Shown: piece after piece, positions 6,109-7,740 of the stretch
Layout: each line of letters starts with the position of its first letter
Position numbering within the stretch: the first letter of the stretch is position 1
Assembly (NCBI GenBank): GCA_036845085.1
Contig: DAIUEN010000027.1
Coordinates: forward strand, 1 to 7,740
DNA length: 7,740 bases
Source: Candidatus Nanopusillus sp.
GTDB lineage: Archaea > Nanobdellota > Nanobdellia > Nanobdellales > Nanobdellaceae
Direction of reading: 5' to 3'
Notes under the pieces: generated by a model
What the model was told of the DNA's origin: nothing
The model's database searches: none
Seen by the model: only the letters and a program-made list of their open reading frames with translations
Translations under genes and position numbers: made by a program

Positions 6109-7274
6109 TTATTATTAGTAGTTCTTTTATGTATTACTAAAGCATCAAACCATATTATAGAGAGAAATATAAAAAATATTCCAATTATAGAAGCTAAAAA
6201 TAGATCTTTAAATGATAAATAAAATAAAGAACCAAAAAGTCCACCAACATTCCTGAATAGAGATATTCTTCCAAACTTTTCAGGATTATACTTTAGGATA
6301 TACATATCAAAGAAATATTGAAATAGAGTCCAAGATATAGAAGTTAATATATACAAAATAGAAACAAAAATTATCATATATTTCATATCACTAAGTTTTA
6401 CCATTAAAAAACCAATAATAAATATACCTATTATAGCTCTTAAAATGAATCCAATTATAATTTTTTTAAGATCTAATGTATTCGGATATATTTTATATAA
6501 TATAACTGTAAACAAATTATTTATAAAAAGAAATAACGGATAAAAACTACCAAGATTAACAAAATTAGTAAAATTTACAAGAGTAGTCCACAAAATAGAA
6601 TATCCTAAAAGAACAAATAGATTGTATAATAAAATATTATCAATTTTGATATCTTTAAACTTAAATGGGAAATTATTACTCTCAAATATAGAAAATTGTA
6701 CTAAAGAAGCTTCTAATTTATCTAGAGCATTATCTATTCTTTCCAATAGATAAATTTCAGATATAAGTTCTTTATTTCTGTTTTTAGCTAAGTATATTAC
6801 AAAAAAAACTAAATAAGCAACTATAAGCAGATAAATAATAAAAATTATATCTAAAAATAGCAAAAAAATCTGAGATGCTGCTAAACCAATAGTCAAGTAT
6901 AAAGAAAACTTAAAATTAATTTTAACATCTAGGTAATATCTCAGAAAAGCAAAATACGTTGCAAGATGCGTAGAATTAAAGATAAAAAGTGATAATACAT
7001 ATAGTATGGGATCATAAGACAGCAACAAAATTATAGATATAAAAGGTCCAAAAATACCAAATAAGCTTATATTTATGTAATTCTTATTATTTATAACTAT
7101 ACTCCCAAATATTAATGAAGATAATATAGAACCAAAATAAGATGAAAATACTAGCACTGTATATAAAATATTTGGTAAATTAAAATTATTTATGTATACA
7201 AACATTACTCCATTTATTATTCCACCAAAAAAACTATTTATTAGAATTATTAATTCTTCCTTTAGAGAATTCAT
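6105..7274 (-). CDS. Polytopic membrane protein, about 12 TM in a 6+6 arrangement with a central hydrophilic loop, possibly an MFS-like transporter
   Basis: ATG at 7274..7272. The TGA stop overlaps the rtcB start (ATGA at 6108..6105). I count about six hydrophobic helices, then a charged loop (KNRNKELISEIYLLERIDNALDKLEASL...), then six more. The MFS topology is inferred only. I do not see the canonical MFS motif A (GxxxDRxGRR). Confidence 0.75.
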   Translation of the reverse strand: MNSLKEELIILINSFFGGIINGVMFVYINNFNLPNILYTVLVFSSYFGSILSSLIFGSIVINNKNYINISLFGIFGPFISIILLLSYDPILYVLSLFIFNSTHLATYFAFLRYYLDVKINFKFSLYLTIGLAASQIFLLFLDIIFIIYLLIVAYLVFFVIYLAKNRNKELISEIYLLERIDNALDKLEASLVQFSIFESNNFPFKFKDIKIDNILLYNLFVLLGYSILWTTLVNFTNFVNLGSFYPLFLFINNLFTVILYKIYPNTLDLKKIIIGFILRAIIGIFIIGFLMVKLSDMKYMIIFVSILYILTSISWTLFQYFFDMYILKYNPEKFGRISLFRNVGGLFGSLFYLSFKDLFLASIIGIFFIFLSIIWFDALVIHKRTTNNK

Positions 7275-7275
7275 T

Positions 7276-7740
7276 TTATTTAAATATTTCTCTCAATTTT
7301 TCTTTTAATAAATCACTAAGAGCAATAGCAAAAGATATAGATATAGTTATTACCACTATCAAAAGTATTGCTATTAGTACATACAATAAATATTGCGGTA
7401 CTATGTTAAGATATATTATAACAATCAAGAGAGACATATACATAACAAAACCTCTGATAAAGTTGACTATATAATTTACATATTTATTTTTTAGCGTGTC
7501 TTCAGATAATATAGACCTTAAAAACATTTCTAATAGTATGTAAGATATTAATAATGAGAATACGATAATTAACAAGTAATTTATAAATGTAAATAAATTT
7601 TCTCCAACAAATTTAACATATTGATTTGGGAAAACTACTAAAGCATATGCTATAAAATATAAATAAACAAATAAATTTACTAAATCAGATAATAATTTGG
7701 AAAACTCTCTATTAATTAGAATTCTCTTCTTTTTAAATAA
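7276..7740 (-). CDS. Membrane protein, 5'-partial (reading frame open to the right edge of the window), function unknown
   Basis: The tracked 99-aa ORF begins at a TTG codon (7575..7573). Hand translation of the same frame upstream (7740..7576) gives LFKKKRILINREFSKLLSDLVNLFVYLYFIAYALVVFPKSYVKFVGENLFTFINY with no stop and no in-frame ATG. It continues the hydrophobic character. The TTG would fall inside a predicted TM helix (FINYLLIIVFSLLISYILL). The TAA stop at 7278..7276 lies 1 nt before the next gene's ATG. Confidence 0.65.
   Translation of the reverse strand, partial: LFKKKRILINREFSKLLSDLVNLFVYLYFIAYALVVFPNQYVKFVGENLFTFINYLLIIVFSLLISYILLEMFLRSILSEDTLKNKYVNYIVNFIRGFVMYMSLLIVIIYLNIVPQYLLYVLIAILLIVVITISISFAIALSDLLKEKLREIFK

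Noticed and set aside
1-7740. CRISPR arrays, tandem repeats, tRNA or rRNA genes, transposon ends and stop-codon reassignment
   Set aside because: No regularly spaced direct repeats were seen, and the sRNA is the only G+C-rich structured island outside CDSs. No inverted terminal repeats or transposase or integrase ORFs are present. TAA, TAG and TGA all terminate well-supported ORFs. This scan was by eye only, so short or degenerate repeats could have been missed.

Overview
Very AT-rich sequence (about a quarter G+C by eye, not computed) that looks like an archaeal chromosomal segment with very high coding density. Positions 673 to 7740 carry a single co-directional minus-strand gene array. In transcription order it is: a membrane protein that runs off the right edge, a 12-TM transporter-like membrane protein, RtcB, a canonical family B DNA polymerase, a 103-aa coiled-coil protein and a 415-aa coiled-coil protein. 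Gene junctions are overlapping or nearly abutting. PolB has intact exonuclease and polymerase motifs and a C-terminal PIP box. PolB and RtcB are confident housekeeping calls, and neither contains an intein. The only substantial non-coding stretch is 189..311. It holds a textbook archaeal box C/D sRNA at 228..276 (+), which an ORF track cannot show. It also holds AT-rich TATA-like elements spaced as expected for leaderless transcripts. Two edge ORFs were found by hand translation. A minus-strand ORF starting at 188 runs off the left edge and has the first-Asp motif of an A24 prepilin/preflagellin peptidase. The tracked 99-aa ORF (7276..7575) starts on TTG inside a reading frame that stays open to position 7740. 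I see no CRISPR array, tRNA, rRNA, transposon ends or known defence genes. The best candidates for something undescribed are the two PolB-coupled coiled-coil proteins, which have no recognisable catalytic motifs, and the orphan C/D sRNA, whose targets I cannot place. The rest of the window is ordinary core-genome content.
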